Shown: positions 24,382 through 38,250, numbered from the stretch's first letter. The stretch: 64,000 bases of DNA from Octopus sinensis (GCF_006345805.1 NC_043010.1:29574001-29638000), one strand, 5' to 3'. The notes: generated by a model not told the origin, from the sequence alone. Translations and numbers: made by a program.

Positions 24382-25436
24382 ATGGCATTCGGTTCCAGAC
24401 CTTTTAAGGTCTGGCCACTGACCACACAAGACACTGCCAGTTCCAGCAACAACACAACAGCAGCCACGTGGAGACTCATCACCTTCGTCCCATTCTCATC
24501 ACCTCACTTCGCATGGACGTCACAAATCGGTGACCTGTTCCAGCTCCTTGAAACTGCAAAACAATTATAATGGGAGAAGGAGATACTCCACAGGTATCTA
24601 AACCTTCAATTCCATTATATATTAAACTCCACAATCAAGAGCCCTTCACAGTTCAGCTATCCACTTCCTCATTTTCTCAAAATACCACAAGTAACCCATC
24701 ATCATCATTGTCATCTACTGCCACTATCCTTACCACAACTAAACAATACCAACAACAGGATGAGCATCGGAAGTCACTCTTCAGTACTAGAACAATTGAT
24801 GACCTATTAAACAACACAGTCTCTAGCTCTTCTCCAGTCAAACCACTCAAGTTATTCTCAGAATAACACAAGTGATCCATCAACACCACTGTCATCCTAT
24901 TCTACTGCTACTATCATTACCACCACTACTACTCCAATTAGTGAAGAATCACTCCTTTCTCCACCCCATCCCCACTGTCCACCTCAATCTGAATGTATAC
25001 ATCTGACAACTCCATATATCTCTCGACTGTGAATAACAAAATTATGAACACATGAAGCCCCAAAATATGCTGCTATTCACAACGCAAGAGACTCTGCATA
25101 CACAGTGACTGTAGCTTCACTCATTTACCTGGGACAAAATACACAATTTGTACAAATAATATCAGCCGAAGCCAAACCACACATCTTACAACGCCACCAC
25201 CACTACTAAATGCTAAATCACACTTGATAACTTCTACACACGTAACCCCAAATCCTAAAGTTTGCTGCTATTCCCAACTCGAAAGATTATGTCTGGGGCG
25301 TGATTGTCCCTTCATTCATCTTCCAGGGACTGAATGCATCATTAAAAGCATGACTCTAAACCACCACCAAATCTACAATAGAAACCTCCCTTACAGTAGC
25401 AGTATTAATCCAAGCCAGGGCCTGCTTAATTATTAG
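24382..25436 (+). pseudogene. Interrupted ORF: S/T-rich region plus two CCCH-type zinc fingers
   Basis: Frame open 25056-25436 encodes KICCYSQRKRLCIHSDCSFTH and KVCCYSQLERLCLGRDCPFIH; upstream ORFs 24382-24570 and 24570-24866 are broken by stops and frameshifts. Confidence 0.45.
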
Positions 25437-26345
25437 GTTTAGCTTGGTGTGACAAACAAAACAACCAGTATTTAGGTGGCAAGGCAGACCATGAAGACCT
25501 GTGATATCAACGGGCCCAGCACAGCGACATCTCAGTCCCCTACAGACATCAGCTCCCTGAGTGTAATGGAGATGCAGAACTCATCTAGACTGAGTAGACC
25601 TTTAATGTTGGCCACAGGTAGGGCATCAATCCAGTTCCCCAAGAATTTTGCACTAGTGGTGAGTAGACGACACCTTGGAAATTGATCAGATTGATTGAGG
25701 AGATAGCTGAAAGTGGCACCTGGAGCTTATTATCCCATACTCTCTGTTTTTGTCTATTCTCAACTCTGTAACAGAGCTTCAACCATCCCCTTGTTGGAAC
25801 TAATCTATGTTGGAGAGGAGAGGATGTTGTCTACTAAAGTGGAGCAAATGTGGATGAGGGAAAGAAAACAGAAAAGAGATAGAGACAAGCACTTGCACAA
25901 ACCTAGACCCCCAAACTATTTAGGCAAAGCAGCCTAGTTCTGAGACTCTGGAGAGAGTTTGACATTGACCAAGCATTCAAGTTTCCTGAAGATTAGGTCA
26001 TCAAAACATTGGAGAGACAATGAGAATCTATAAATACAATAGCTTAGGAATTGACAAGTAATTCCTAAGTATAAAAAACATTGGTGGGGCTCAATTACCT
26101 CAAGTTTTTATAACAATTGTTCATGGTTGGCCATTTTGGATTGAAAGATGGACTTAAAAGCTAGGCCAGTAATCGGGGCTTCAAAGGCTGATGAAGAAGG
26201 AACTGTGATAGAGGGGAAGAAGTCTGTAAATAGTTTGATAATTGGCTCATGCAAAGCTAGATGGTTGAGGAGTCAGAGCTCGCATTTTGAGTTGTTAACA
26301 CTAAAGCCCCTTATGACCAATTCCCTCAATCCTCATCCTCGCAAT
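25400..26345 (-). mobile_element. CRE-clade non-LTR retrotransposon fragment (post-RT to zinc knuckle)
   Basis: GLSVNNSKCEL; LEVIEPHQ..LRNYLSIPKLLY; AALPK*FGGLG; QRVWD; W.DALP; GLHGL.C...HTKLNLIIKQALA. Confidence 0.75.
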
Positions 26346-27324
26346 TTGCAACAGCCACGTACAAAAAGACAGAGATTATGAATCTAAGAATTTTTTTTTT
26401 TAATTTTAATTTTTCTTAAAGAAACAATCAATACGCCTTCCACCACCTCACCCACCCAAAAAACTCAAAACTCAGAATATTTTACTTTCGCCTGATGTAT
26501 CATACATGCATAGAATTCAACTGAAATAGCAGACATCAAAAATATCAGGCCACCACCAGAAAACGCAACATACTAGAAACAACAGCTAAGCAACATTATT
26601 TCTGGAAAAACTTCCCTGCTTTCAAAAAAGCTAAAAGCAAAATATTTGAAGGTAATAGGTGGAAGTTGGGGAAGAGGATTTGAGTTTTATTTTTTTATTT
26701 TTCAGTCATTTGACTACGGCCATACTGGAGCACCGCTTTTAGTCAAACAAATCAACCACAGGATTCATTGTAAATCATACGAATTACAAAATAAAAAAGG
26801 TCATTTCAGTTGAATTTGAGCTGTGATTTTATCACTCATATTGAAGTTTTACCTACGGTGTGTGTGTGTGTGTGCAAAAGAAGTTATTTTTACATACCTT
26901 TCTTAATTCCAAAAGAAGAAGAACAAATCAAAGTTTTAAAGAATTAGGAAAAAAGTCCAAATAATCAAAGAAACAGAAAGAAAGTAAAAGAAAAATAGCC
27001 AAAAACTGTTAAAAATCAGCAAAAAGCAGTCAGAAATAAGCAAAACAGTTGATTGCAGGCAGAAGCTGTGGAAATGTTCTTCCAATATCAATAGAAAGTC
27101 GGATAAGTAAGAGAAAGTGAGAATAGCTTTTCAATTGTGATAATAAAACAAATGTTTTCCTCACCACCACCAAAAATTAATTTCTCTTCCAAAGAGAAAA
27201 CAGTGGCATTATCTCTTTCTTTCACTTTCTCATTAGAATGTATCGAGACAATATGTTGTCACAAAACTTGATCAATCTGTGACTAAACCAGCATTTAATT
27301 TCATTTTATACAAGCTTTGCTATA

Positions 27325-27690
27325 GGCGCAGGAGTGGCTGTGTGGTAAGTAGCTTGCTTACCAACCACATGGTTCTGGGTTCAGTCCCACTGTGTGGCAC
27401 CTTGGGCAAGTGTCTTCTATTATAGCCTCGGGCCGACCAAAGCCTTGTGAGTGGATTTGGTAGACGGAAACTGAAAGAAGCCCGTCGTATACATGTATAT
27501 ATATGTGTGTTTGTGTGTCTGTGTCTGTCCCCCCAACATCGCTTGACAACCAATGCTGGTGTGTTTACGTCCCCGTAAACGATAGAATAAGTACTAGGCT
27601 TACAAAAAATAAGTCCTGGGGGTCGATTTGCTCGACTAAAAAGCGATGCTCCAGCATGACCACAGTCAAATGACTGAAACAAGTAAAAGG
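27325..27690 (+). mobile_element. Family-2 SINE, near full length
   Basis: A box TGGCTGTGTGG, B box GGGTTCAGTCCC, internal (TG) tract, tail GCTCCAGCATGACCACAGTCAAATGACTGAAACAAG. Confidence 0.88.
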
Positions 27691-30014
27691 GTAACGAGTA
27701 AGAGTAATTATAGATAGCTGCAAACATGGTCGGTAAACATAACATATTTATTGGGTACATTTTTATAAATGTTTATCTTGCACGATCATTACTACAAACA
27801 CATGCACACAGTTCTTTGGAGCTTAACAATCATGGCTGAAGTCCACCGCAAGTTTTTCTTGTTTTGGAATTAAGAATGGTATGTAAAAAATAGCTTCTTC
27901 TGCACGCACACACACACACACACAAGGTAAAAAACTTCAGTATGAATGATAAAATTACAGCTCAACTTCAACTGAAATGACCTTTTTTATATATTGTAAT
28001 TCGTATTTGTGATGAGCGTACTTAGAAACTTGATCTTGCCCCCCACCCCTGTATTTTTTCAAAATTTCTTTGGACTCCTATGTTTTCGATACAGGAGATT
28101 AGGGTTTTGCCTCAAAACACGTTTTCAATATTTTGATAACCCTAACCCTCCCCACCCCAATTTTTAAAATTTCTAATTTTTTTAGAATTTTTTTTTTATC
28201 CACATCGAAAAATAGAGATTACGAATCTTTTAGAAAAATTTTTCTTGAAGAAACACTCAGATCCCCTTCCCCAAACCCCACCTCCGAATGTTTCACTTTT
28301 AGCTTTTAAAAGCGGGGAAATTTTTTCCAGAAATGATGTCGTTTAGCTGTTGTTTCTAGCATGTCGGGTTGTCTGGTGTGGTCTGATATTTTTAACGTCT
28401 GCTATTTCAGTTAATTCTACGCATGCATAATACATCAGACGAAAGTGAAACATTCTGAGTTTTTAGTTTTTTGAAAGTGGGGAGGTGATGGGTGAGTGAG
28501 GTGGGGGAAGGGGCATTGAATATTTCTTTAAGAAGAATTTTTGGATCTTTTCGGTTTGAACGGCAGTTTTTAACATAATATCTAGGTAACTAAAAATTTT
28601 AAACTTCGTATACTGGTAGAATGTGTTTATAAAACATCATTTTCTCTTGGCTTTCTTGAGAAAACTCTGTAGTTTGTAACATATTTCGTCGTAATCTCTT
28701 TTCTTTTCACTATACGTAAATATACATTATGTTAGATGTGTCACAAAAATATTTCGATTGTAAGTTTTATGTATCGTTTAAATCTATAGTATCTAAGCGG
28801 TATTTAATGAAAATTTCGTTGAAAAGTAACCATTTTCCGGAAGTTATGAGGCAACAAAGTCGGGAGCGGGGACGCATCTGTATGAATGCCAAAAAAAAAA
28901 AAGCACCAATTGAGGTTGATATAATAGACTGACCTCTGCCCCAAAATTTCAGGCCTTGTGCATATAGAAAGGATTATGTACTTCAAAAGTTAGGAAGAAT
29001 ACCTATACTCAAGTCCCTTTACAGGACATCCAAGGTTAGTGGAGAAGGAACGGAGATATAGTCCCAAGTCGAGAGGCATGGTTTGAATGCTTACAAATAC
29101 GATAAACACCCAAGGTGCCAGGGGTTCGTGTTAAGTGGATAACAATGAGTTTACCACTCAAGTAAGGCCATGTTAACTTCGGAGAGATTTGAAATCCGAA
29201 CATAAAATAGAGGTGTGGTTAATTATTGCAAGACACTATCAGAGTCAATTTTTACATATAAAATCAACAAAAGTCAAAAAGTTATCTCACCGGTTGAATT
29301 TAACTTCTTCTTTATTTTCTTCGTCTAAAAGGAAAACAACGGTTCGATATAAAAAGAAAAACAAGTAAAAAAAACAGTGTTAACTAGATTATAATTCAGC
29401 CCTAATAAATGTTTACAGATTTGTAGGAAGTAACTGGCAACCAGGAAACATCTACTGAGGTTAAAACTGCGGCCAATGATTGGCTAGATTTATTCACAGC
29501 CCACCAATAAGTTTGTCTTGTAATTGGGACAGCGAAAATGCATTTTTTCGGCAATTTTTTGCTGGCTAAGACCAACCTCAGATTGCAGAACAGTACGACC
29601 TCTGAAAATCTGACAGTTCTGCTGAATTTTATGTGCGTGGCATGGTTACTCTTCGCAAATGTTTAATATAATGGCACCTGGAATGAAAAAGAATGATTAC
29701 TTTGTAAATTCTACACCACTGAAAACATATTAAGACGCTTAGATCAGAAATTTTGAAAATTAAAGCTATCTATTTACTTCCTGCATGTTTGTGTATAGAT
29801 AGATAGATAGATAGAGAGAAAGTAATAACGAGTGAATGAGAATAACGACGAAGGGTTTAAAAAGCGTAAAAATAATTGAAAATGAAACAAAACTGAAGCT
29901 AAAACATAAAAAATTATTGAAAGTGGGTAGAAATAAATACTGCGTAGTGTAGTAGTACTACACTAGGGTATCTGTAGAAAGCTGAATGTGATTTCGGAAT
30001 ATAACGAGGAAAAA

Positions 30015-30365
30015 TTCGGATCTTGGGAATTTTCCGAAAGTCCTCTTCCCACCTCAAGATTTCCCCACAAATTACTTTATAGTCATAATGCATGCCGTTT
30101 GAAAGGAATTTATATAAAATATCATTGAAAAATCTCCATTTTCCTAAAAGTTATGAGGGGAAAAACTCCGATTTCGTGAATTTTCCGAAGTCCTTTCACT
30201 ACCCCCTTGGAAAGGATTTTCCCCACAAATTACTTTATAGTCATAATGTATGCCGTTTGGAAGGTATTTATATAAAATTTCATTGAAAAAAACCCCATTT
30301 TCCTAAAAGTTATGAGGGAAAAACTTAGATCTTGTGAATTTTTGAAGTCTTTTCCCCACCCTCTC
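30015..30365. repeat. About 155-bp tandem unit x2.3; related sequence at 28720-28865, 30800-30890 and (inverted) 35810-36100
   Basis: Repeated TTCCCCACAAATTACTTTATAGTCATAATG...CCATTTTCCTAAAAGTTATGAGGGAAAAAC. Confidence 0.8.
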
Positions 30366-30931
30366 GTTTCTTTGCACACATTTTTTTTCATATTCGTTTC
30401 CTACACATTGTTTCACACCCTTTCCAGTATTTTGGTAGAGGGTTCATTTCCGGGTCAAGATGTAAACATTAACCAGTATATATAAAAAAAATAATCTCAA
30501 ATTTTCTATGAGGAAACTCCAAAATTGATTCATACACTCCTCGCAACTACATCTCGCCGTCGAAAATCAAAATGAACGGCTTGTGTGTTTGCGTGTGCTC
30601 GTGCAAACGAACAGAGAAAATACACCGAAATATGTTTTACATACCTGTCGTATACGTCGGTTTTGCTTTTTCGTTTTAAAGGTAAACGGTCCTGATAGAA
30701 GCAAACACGATTATTCAATAATGTTTGTATTCTTCATTCAAAAAGAATAAAAACTTCATGGGTCTTCGTTCATGTATATTCCCTGCAAAAAAAAATTTGT
30801 ATATTCGGAATCTTCATGATATAACACATATTCGTGGAAAATTTCATTAAAAAATATCCATTTTCCTTAAAGTTATGATCATCCAAAGTCAGTGAGGCAG
30901 AAATCTGGGTATTATTTAAGAGAGAGAGAGA

Positions 30932-30968
<37 letters not shown>

Positions 30969-31157
30969 TGTGTGTGTGTGTGAGAGAGAGAGAACAAATA
31001 GTGAAAGATTATCAATCCGGGAAAAATATTCCATAAGCTCGCTTAGATTAGTGAAGAATAGTGAAGAACTCTTTTTGTGGGATCCAAAGTTATGGTTCGT
31101 CACAATTCTATATTGTAAATCCGTGGATGGGCTTCAGACAAACTGGTTTTTACAGAG

Positions 31158-31454
31158 TGATATATAACAGACAAGTTAAAATAATGGTTATTATATACAA
31201 TTCCTTTATTAAAGCAAGTTTGGCTTACAGTTGTTTCCAGTAGCCATTGGTTTACTCAATTGATCAATTGAGGTAAATTGAAAAACCTAAGAAACTTATT
31301 GATACCTTCGTCAGAGCCATTGCTGAAAATCAATAGAACAATTGGAAATCAATAGACCAATTGAGTAAACCCATCTATATTGACTAGTGTAAGCCAAATT
31401 TGCTATAATGAAGGAATTATACGTAATGTACCATAATTTTAACTTGTTTATCAC
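31158..31454. mobile_element. Fold-back MITE-like element
   Basis: Imperfect about 60-bp outer inverted arms (ACAAGTTAAAAT...TTGGCTTACA / TGTAAGCCAA...TTTTAACTTGT) plus inner GGTTTACTCAATTG / CAATTGAGTAAACC. Confidence 0.65.
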
Positions 31455-31461
31455 ATATATA

Positions 31462-32645
31462 TTGGATTATCCCATAAATGATGCGGTTTTATTATACTTA
31501 TTTTATTTTTCAAAATTAAAATAAAGTTCTTTTTTGATATGAAATATACTCTCCTTCATTTTCTACAATGCTCTTCCATCTCTCTGGTAGACTTGCAAGG
31601 CCCCTCTTCCAAAATTCACTTGTCCGTGACGAAAAATACTATTCCAGTACTGTTCTGACCTCGTTATCAGAATTCATATTTTTTCCGTCCAAATGTTTTG
31701 AAGACAGCTGAATAAAAGATAATGACATGGGCAATGTCCAGCGAATAAGGTGGATGTAACATCGTTTCCTATTCAAACTGCCCCAGCCTTTGGAATGTCA
31801 TCCTCACTGTATATGGCTGAGTGTTATCCTGATGAAAGAACACCTTTCGTCTTGAAACCAAAAATGGTCGATTTTCTTCTAGCACTGACTTAAGCTGCTC
31901 AAACTGCGCGCAGTAGATCTCTTTTGCTATCGTTTGGTTTGGATTTAAATGTTCAAAGTGGACTAAACCTTTCATATTCCGCCAAACAGATAACAACACT
32001 TTTTATAGAGAACCCATTTCTCGTCCAAAAAAGGTTCATTCGTGAGATGTGGCAGCAAAGAAGCGCGCACATTCACTCTCTGCACGCGATTAGACTCGGA
32101 AAGTTTGTGAGGAACCCACTGATTCAGTTTGCTGATTTTTCCGATGTCATGCAGGCGTCGATGAATGATTGAATGACCAAATCCAAGTTTCTCTGCTAGT
32201 TCCTCACCAGTTACAATGGGATTTTGTTCCACCAGGGTTTGCAGGACGTCCTTGTCGAACTCTACAGATCTTTCAGAACGAGACTCATCTTCTAGGCTGT
32301 AGTTTCCGGCTCGGAATTTCCGGAACCACCGTTGACACTGGCTTACGCTTATTGTCCGATCCCCATATACTGCATTAATATTCCTCGCACTTTCTGTTGC
32401 GTTGTTGCCTTTATTGAACTCATAAAGCAAAATATGCCGAATATGCTCCTTTGTCACTTCCATTATAGCTTTGAAAAAATAACTGTTAAAATCGAACTGC
32501 ACTCTTCAAAACTTGCACTAAGAATAAGTACAAAGTAAAATTACTGCCTGCTTTTATAGCAAGTTGATACAGGTACTTTATCCCGTCCCCTCCGACTTTT
32601 AGTTCATGCAATTAAAAAAAACCGTATTATTTATGGGATGGCCCA

Positions 32646-32646
<1 letters not shown>
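31462..32646 (-). mobile_element. Mariner (DD34D) transposon, both TIRs, defective transposase
   Basis: TIRs TTGG(A/G)(TT/CC)ATCCCATAAAT(G/A)AT(G/A)CGGTTTT at both ends; HIRHILLYEF HTH, WVPHKL, DEKW, HQDN, HPPYSLDIAP motifs. Confidence 0.93.
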
Positions 32647-32703
<57 letters not shown>

Positions 32704-34284
32704 ATGTATGTATATGGAAGAATTCTGTGTCTGAACGTCATTGATCTTAAGAGCTAACCTGGGGCTAAACACATGCACATAGACAAACACAAAGAAACAA
32801 AAACGTTACAAGCTACCATTACACTTCCCATAAAATTTTGACGAAATTTTTCCAAAGAAATAAATCCCCGCTGTTAATCACCCAGACACGCTATCTGCAT
32901 AAAAAACAACAACTTAGTTAGTCTTAACATATTTAATTCATTAGACATTAAACATAACATTAGCTCAATGACTGATAGTATTTGAATCTCTTGGACTACT
33001 AGGGGAGACAACTTCGAAAAAGTTTAAGCCTTAACAGACCTCCTCAGAGAATGGTAAGCTTCACCATATTTGCCTTAGATATGATATAAGAATCACTAAA
33101 TAGATTTTACTTTATATTCTTTAATTGTATTGATTTTTCACATCATCTCATGTGCATTATTGTACATTCCCTCATCATCACTCTCCGGCAAGTGCAACGA
33201 AGGTCTTTTCACAGATGCCGTATAATGAAACCACAATATATAACTGATGTTGTCTCCCATACTTGTCCTAATCTGTGGCATTGGTTACCCTAGGTATGCA
33301 CTGGGATTGAACCCAAAATTATGTAATTGCGAAACAAGATTCCTGCCACACAGCTTTAAGGGTTGATGATCCTCAATAAAACAAAAGTGCACATACATGC
33401 ATGCACATGCATAACAGTTCAGTTCTGGATTTATACACTATTTACCAGTTTCACCCAAATGTAATACACACTCACCCCATTTATGTACACATCACACATC
33501 TCACTAAACAATTTATCCGCAGAACAGCAAACCATTGGAATTTACTGTCCTCGAGACAGTGCTACATATAAGCGATTGCCTAGGACACTAAAATCTGGGG
33601 TTACTGCACAAATTATGGACAACCAAACATTTTTAATCCAATTAAAAGTATGAAATTTCCGTAATACGGAAAGCAAGAAAGATCACTTGCAAAACAGAGG
33701 AGGATCGGGGAGACAGATTCTGGGTTAGCAGGATAAGACGAAAGGACCATTGTGTTATGACTTGTCACGTAATTAGACAAGAAAGATTTAAAATTTTGCC
33801 ACATGACAGGTTTACTTGGTGATATGAAAGATAAGTATACAGTATATTTCTTGTGTACAAGTTTGTTTTAACTTCTTGACTGCATTTTTTCAACTTGTGG
33901 CTGAAAGAAATTTTAGAACAAATTTGTTTATGGAGGTATTCGATATAGGACTGGAAAAGGGGTGGGGGTACAGGGCAGAGGAGTATGTGGGACACGTTAA
34001 AGATCTGGGCACAAGGTGGTGAAAATTGTAGGGGAGAAGGAACACGTTGAAGATCTTGGCATAAAAGGTGCACATTATAGAAGAAAAGGTGCGACACGTA
34101 GATCTGCACATAAGGGGCGGTTGCACATTATAAGGCTAGCCTAGTATGCTGAATATCCTGGTATGGGTACTGTTCCCTCCTCATATTGTTCACATCTCTC
34201 AATAACTGTTTTAACCGAACATCAATCGTAAATACTACTCCACCGGTTCAAAATAACTCTTGTAGTTAGTCGATATTATCTGAA

Positions 34285-34675
34285 AAGGCGGCGAGCTGGC
34301 AGACACGTTAGCGCGCCGGGCGAAATGCTTAGCAGTATTTCGTCTGCCGCTACGTTCTGAGTTCAAATTCCGCCGAGGTCGACTTTGCCTTTCATCCTTT
34401 CGGGGTCGATAAATTAAGTAGCAGTTACGCACTGGGGTCGATGTAATCGACTTAATCCGTGTGTCTGTCCTTGTTTGTCCCTTCTGTGTTTGGCCCCTTG
34501 TGTGTAGTAAGGAAATAGGCATTATGTCCTGAGTTCAAATGTCACTGAGGCTAGCTTTGCTTTTCATCCTTTAAGAGTTGATAAAATAAATACCAGTTGA
34601 GCACTGGAGTTGATGTAATTGAATTACCCGTCCCCTCAAAAACTACTCGCCTAGTGCCAAAATTAGAAAGGATAT
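34285..34675 (+). mobile_element. Family-1 SINE (young, 34285-34520) followed by a diverged partial copy
   Basis: High identity to 3574-3808 and 4941-5175. Confidence 0.88.
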
Positions 34676-36964
34676 TACTCAGCTTCATTACCTCTTTTCG
34701 ACACGAAACAATAATTGTCACAGCCACAGATCTGCAACCATCATCTTCAATTCAACTATATTTATGATCATTGCCATTGTTGTTGGTATGGATATGCAGA
34801 CATGAATCATTAGAAGGCTAGGAACATATCTTGTGGTATTTAGTGATACTCCCTACAGTTCTGAGCTCTCAATTCCCGCTAAGGTAACTTATTATTTCAT
34901 CCTTACAAGCACGATTTGATATCCCTAAAATGTTTTCTAGATGTACGAGCGAAAATATAAAGGAGAATAATTGTCACTGACAGTGGATATTTTCCTTTTC
35001 AAAAGGAAAAGATCCCTGACAGTATTTATTATTTAACAATCGTTATAATAGCTAAGATCGCTTGCATCGCTGTAGACGTCCTCCCTAACTCCACTGGCTA
35101 TGATGCAGTAAAGACGCCAAAATAGGGATCAAATGGTAGGAGTGACTTCCCTTGTTTCATGGTAGACGTAACCAATGAATCACAAAGCAATTTATATCAG
35201 CTGTAAATATGTAGACTCATCAATACATACATATGAGATATAAGTATAGTGCCTGTAATATCTTATGTGTGTATGTGTATGTATAAGATGTTGTTGCTCC
35301 TAAATTTGAAAAGGTAGGTTTTGGTTATTGCAAAACTAAATTTACTCTACTCCCTTTCCAGAACCTTGATAAAGATCTTTCTTAAGCGGCGTATCTCGGG
35401 TTATGACACTTCATTTCCGAGCTACACAAACCAGAAATTGTCACTCAATATTGTTTATTAATTAATGATTGCATGCAACCATGTATATATGTATGCACAC
35501 GTTCTTTTATATATATATATAGGTAACGACGATCGTTAGTGATCATAGTTTCATTCATATTTACTTAGCCACCACCGTCCTTGTAGCCTTTCAACAGCTA
35601 TGGCTGTTCATGATTATACACACGCACGCACATACACCCACAGTATTTTTTTATATATTTATTCACAAGTCGGTTATATATACAAAGGTGGGTACCATTA
35701 ATCGAAAAGTTAACTTCGTTAATCCTTTAATTCTTTGAAAATGTAACTGAAGTTAACGTTAACTTTTATTGAAAAGGGCATAACTACAGTTTAATACCCC
35801 ATCGACTTTGTTGCCTCATAACTTCCAGAATATTGGATACTTTTTAACGAAACTTTCACCAAATGATTTCTTATATTCTGTGTATGTAACGATTTGTTGG
35901 GAAAAAAAAAACAATTTTCAAAGGGGTTGGTGAGAGGAGTTTCGGAAAATTCACAGGACCCGACGTTTTCCTCCTCATAACTGTTTGGAAAATTGGTATT
36001 TTTTAATGAAATTTTATACAAATGTCTTTCAAACGGTGTAGATTACGATTACAAAGAAATTTGTAGGCAAAAATGTTGGCGGGGGGGGGGGTCGGATCAG
36101 ACGGCCCACATAATTCTTCAGAATGATGGGAGGTATCTTTTCATGAAAAGAATTCTGATAATTCATTTTTTTTCACTCCCTCACCACCCCAGTTTAGCCT
36201 TTTTTTTTCACTACGCACTTAAAACCTGTGAGAGAAATATTTTCGGTTTTAAAAAATTATTAATAATTTCAGAGGAAAATATGTGATTTAAAGGAGATCT
36301 GACTGCTGTTTCTAGCACATCCCAGAGCCTCCCTCCTCGTTTCTTTCTCACTCACACATCATCTATTGATATTTTTCAATATTTTTCTCCCCATAAACAA
36401 ATTTTATGGAATGATGATGTTAAGTTACACACATGTAGTCCCAACCAAGTGAGGCCATGTTATGTGCGTGTAATAAAAAAAACACCTAAAAACATCTTTA
36501 GTGTTCATATTAACCTGTCAAATGTAATGCTTATTTGTTCACATTATTTTGAATTATTCAGGTTCAAGAGGAGTGTCCACAATAGTTGCTTGTAACATAA
36601 ATTTTTTTCATACAGATTTGAAATTTTGTCAGTGGGAGCTTTATATACCACTGGTATATAGTTATGTAATTTTAGCTGATATTGCTGAGTAAATTTGACT
36701 TTTATGGGCAGGTAAATTTAATTAACAAGTGTAGAAGCAATAATATGGATAAACACTAAAATTGAAATTCTTAATGCATCTTACTTGTTTGATTTGTTAC
36801 TAAAATTATCCCAGATGAGGTACATTAATTTGAATTAATTAAAATACAGGTATAATCAGTACAAGATTTTATTTCTATCGGTAAATATTTTGTACCTCTA
36901 CACTACACTACCTAGCAAATGTTTGCACAGATCTTCTTTTCAAACACAGACAAAAATCCCACAA

Positions 36965-38250
36965 CAATTACCTTGTGAGTGATGAGGCTGTATCCCATAC
37001 TGCCTGATATTTTAATCATCTCAGCACTGATACCTGATGGTCCAGGAGCTTTCCTAGTCTTCATTTTCTTAATTGCCTTATCTATTATACTGCTATCAAC
37101 TCTGATTGCTGGTCTCTCAATTGGTTCAATATTTGAAAGACTCTCTATCTTGCAATCATTCTCCACATTTAATAACATTTCATAATGGCATCTTCACACA
37201 TCTTTCTTCTCTGAGTTACTAAGCACAAGCATGTAAACTTTGCCCAGGCATCCACCCAACTACTGACTTGGTCACCTAGGTAATGGAAGCTATCAACCAT
37301 AAGAGAAATACCTTGTCAAAGATAAAGCTAGAACTACTTCTAGCTTTTCCCGCTGGCATGTAACAGAAGCTGTTTTCTGCACATTTTCTATGTTTATTGC
37401 CCCTAAGCATTTTCCACACACAAAAACTATCTTCCCTGTTAGCCTTCCTTTGATATTGCTGCACCTGTTATATGTTCATAGCCTACACCTTAAGGAGTTC
37501 CTACCTACACCTTTTCTACAGATCAATAGGGCCAGTTACCTGAAGGGATTTGTCATTTGTCTGCATTCCTACTTATTAAAACTTTGGTTTTTGCTAGATT
37601 GACTCTAAGGCCCTTAAATTCTAGACCTTGCTTCCACACTTGAAACTTCTCCTTTAGTTCTGATGTTCACTCAGCTATTAGAGCAAGATCATCAGCATAG
37701 AGGAGCTCCCAGGGGCATCCTGTCTTGAATTCCTCTGTTATTGCCTGAAGGACTGTGATGAATAATAGGGGGCTGAGGACTGATCCTTGGTGGACCCCTA
37801 CCCCTACTCAGAATTCTTCACTATACTCGTTGCCAACCCTCACCTTACTGACAGCTTCCCTGTACATGGCTTGTACAGCTCTCACTAACCACTCATCTAT
37901 CCCTAGTTTCTGCATTGGTCACCAGATAAGGGATCAGGGGACCCTGTCATAGGCTTTTTCCATATCAACGAAGGCCAGGTACAGAGCTTTATCTTTGACT
38001 AGGTATTTCTCTTACATCTTCTCTAAACTAACTCTCTCCCTAATTAGTTGGGCTATGATCCTCTCCATGACTTTCATTACCTGATCCAACAACTTGATTC
38101 CTCTGTAATTATTCATATTTAATGCATCACCTTTACCTCTGTAACAGTTGACTCCTTCATGTATCACCTGATTGACTATACAGGTGACTACACTATAGCT
38201 GACACTACCAGATGTTTTAAGCATTTCTGTGGCAATTCCTGATGGGCTAG
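36965..38250 (-). mobile_element. Two RTE fragments (RT core 37255-38250; pre-RT piece 36965-37230)
   Basis: KAPGPSGISAEMIK; NYRGIKLLDQVMKV; LLYADDLAL; YLGDQVSS. Confidence 0.88.

Noticed and set aside
31826-31860. CTGATGA...GAAA hammerhead-like string
   Set aside because: It is the reverse complement of mariner coding sequence (VFFHQDN); stems I and III are not formed.
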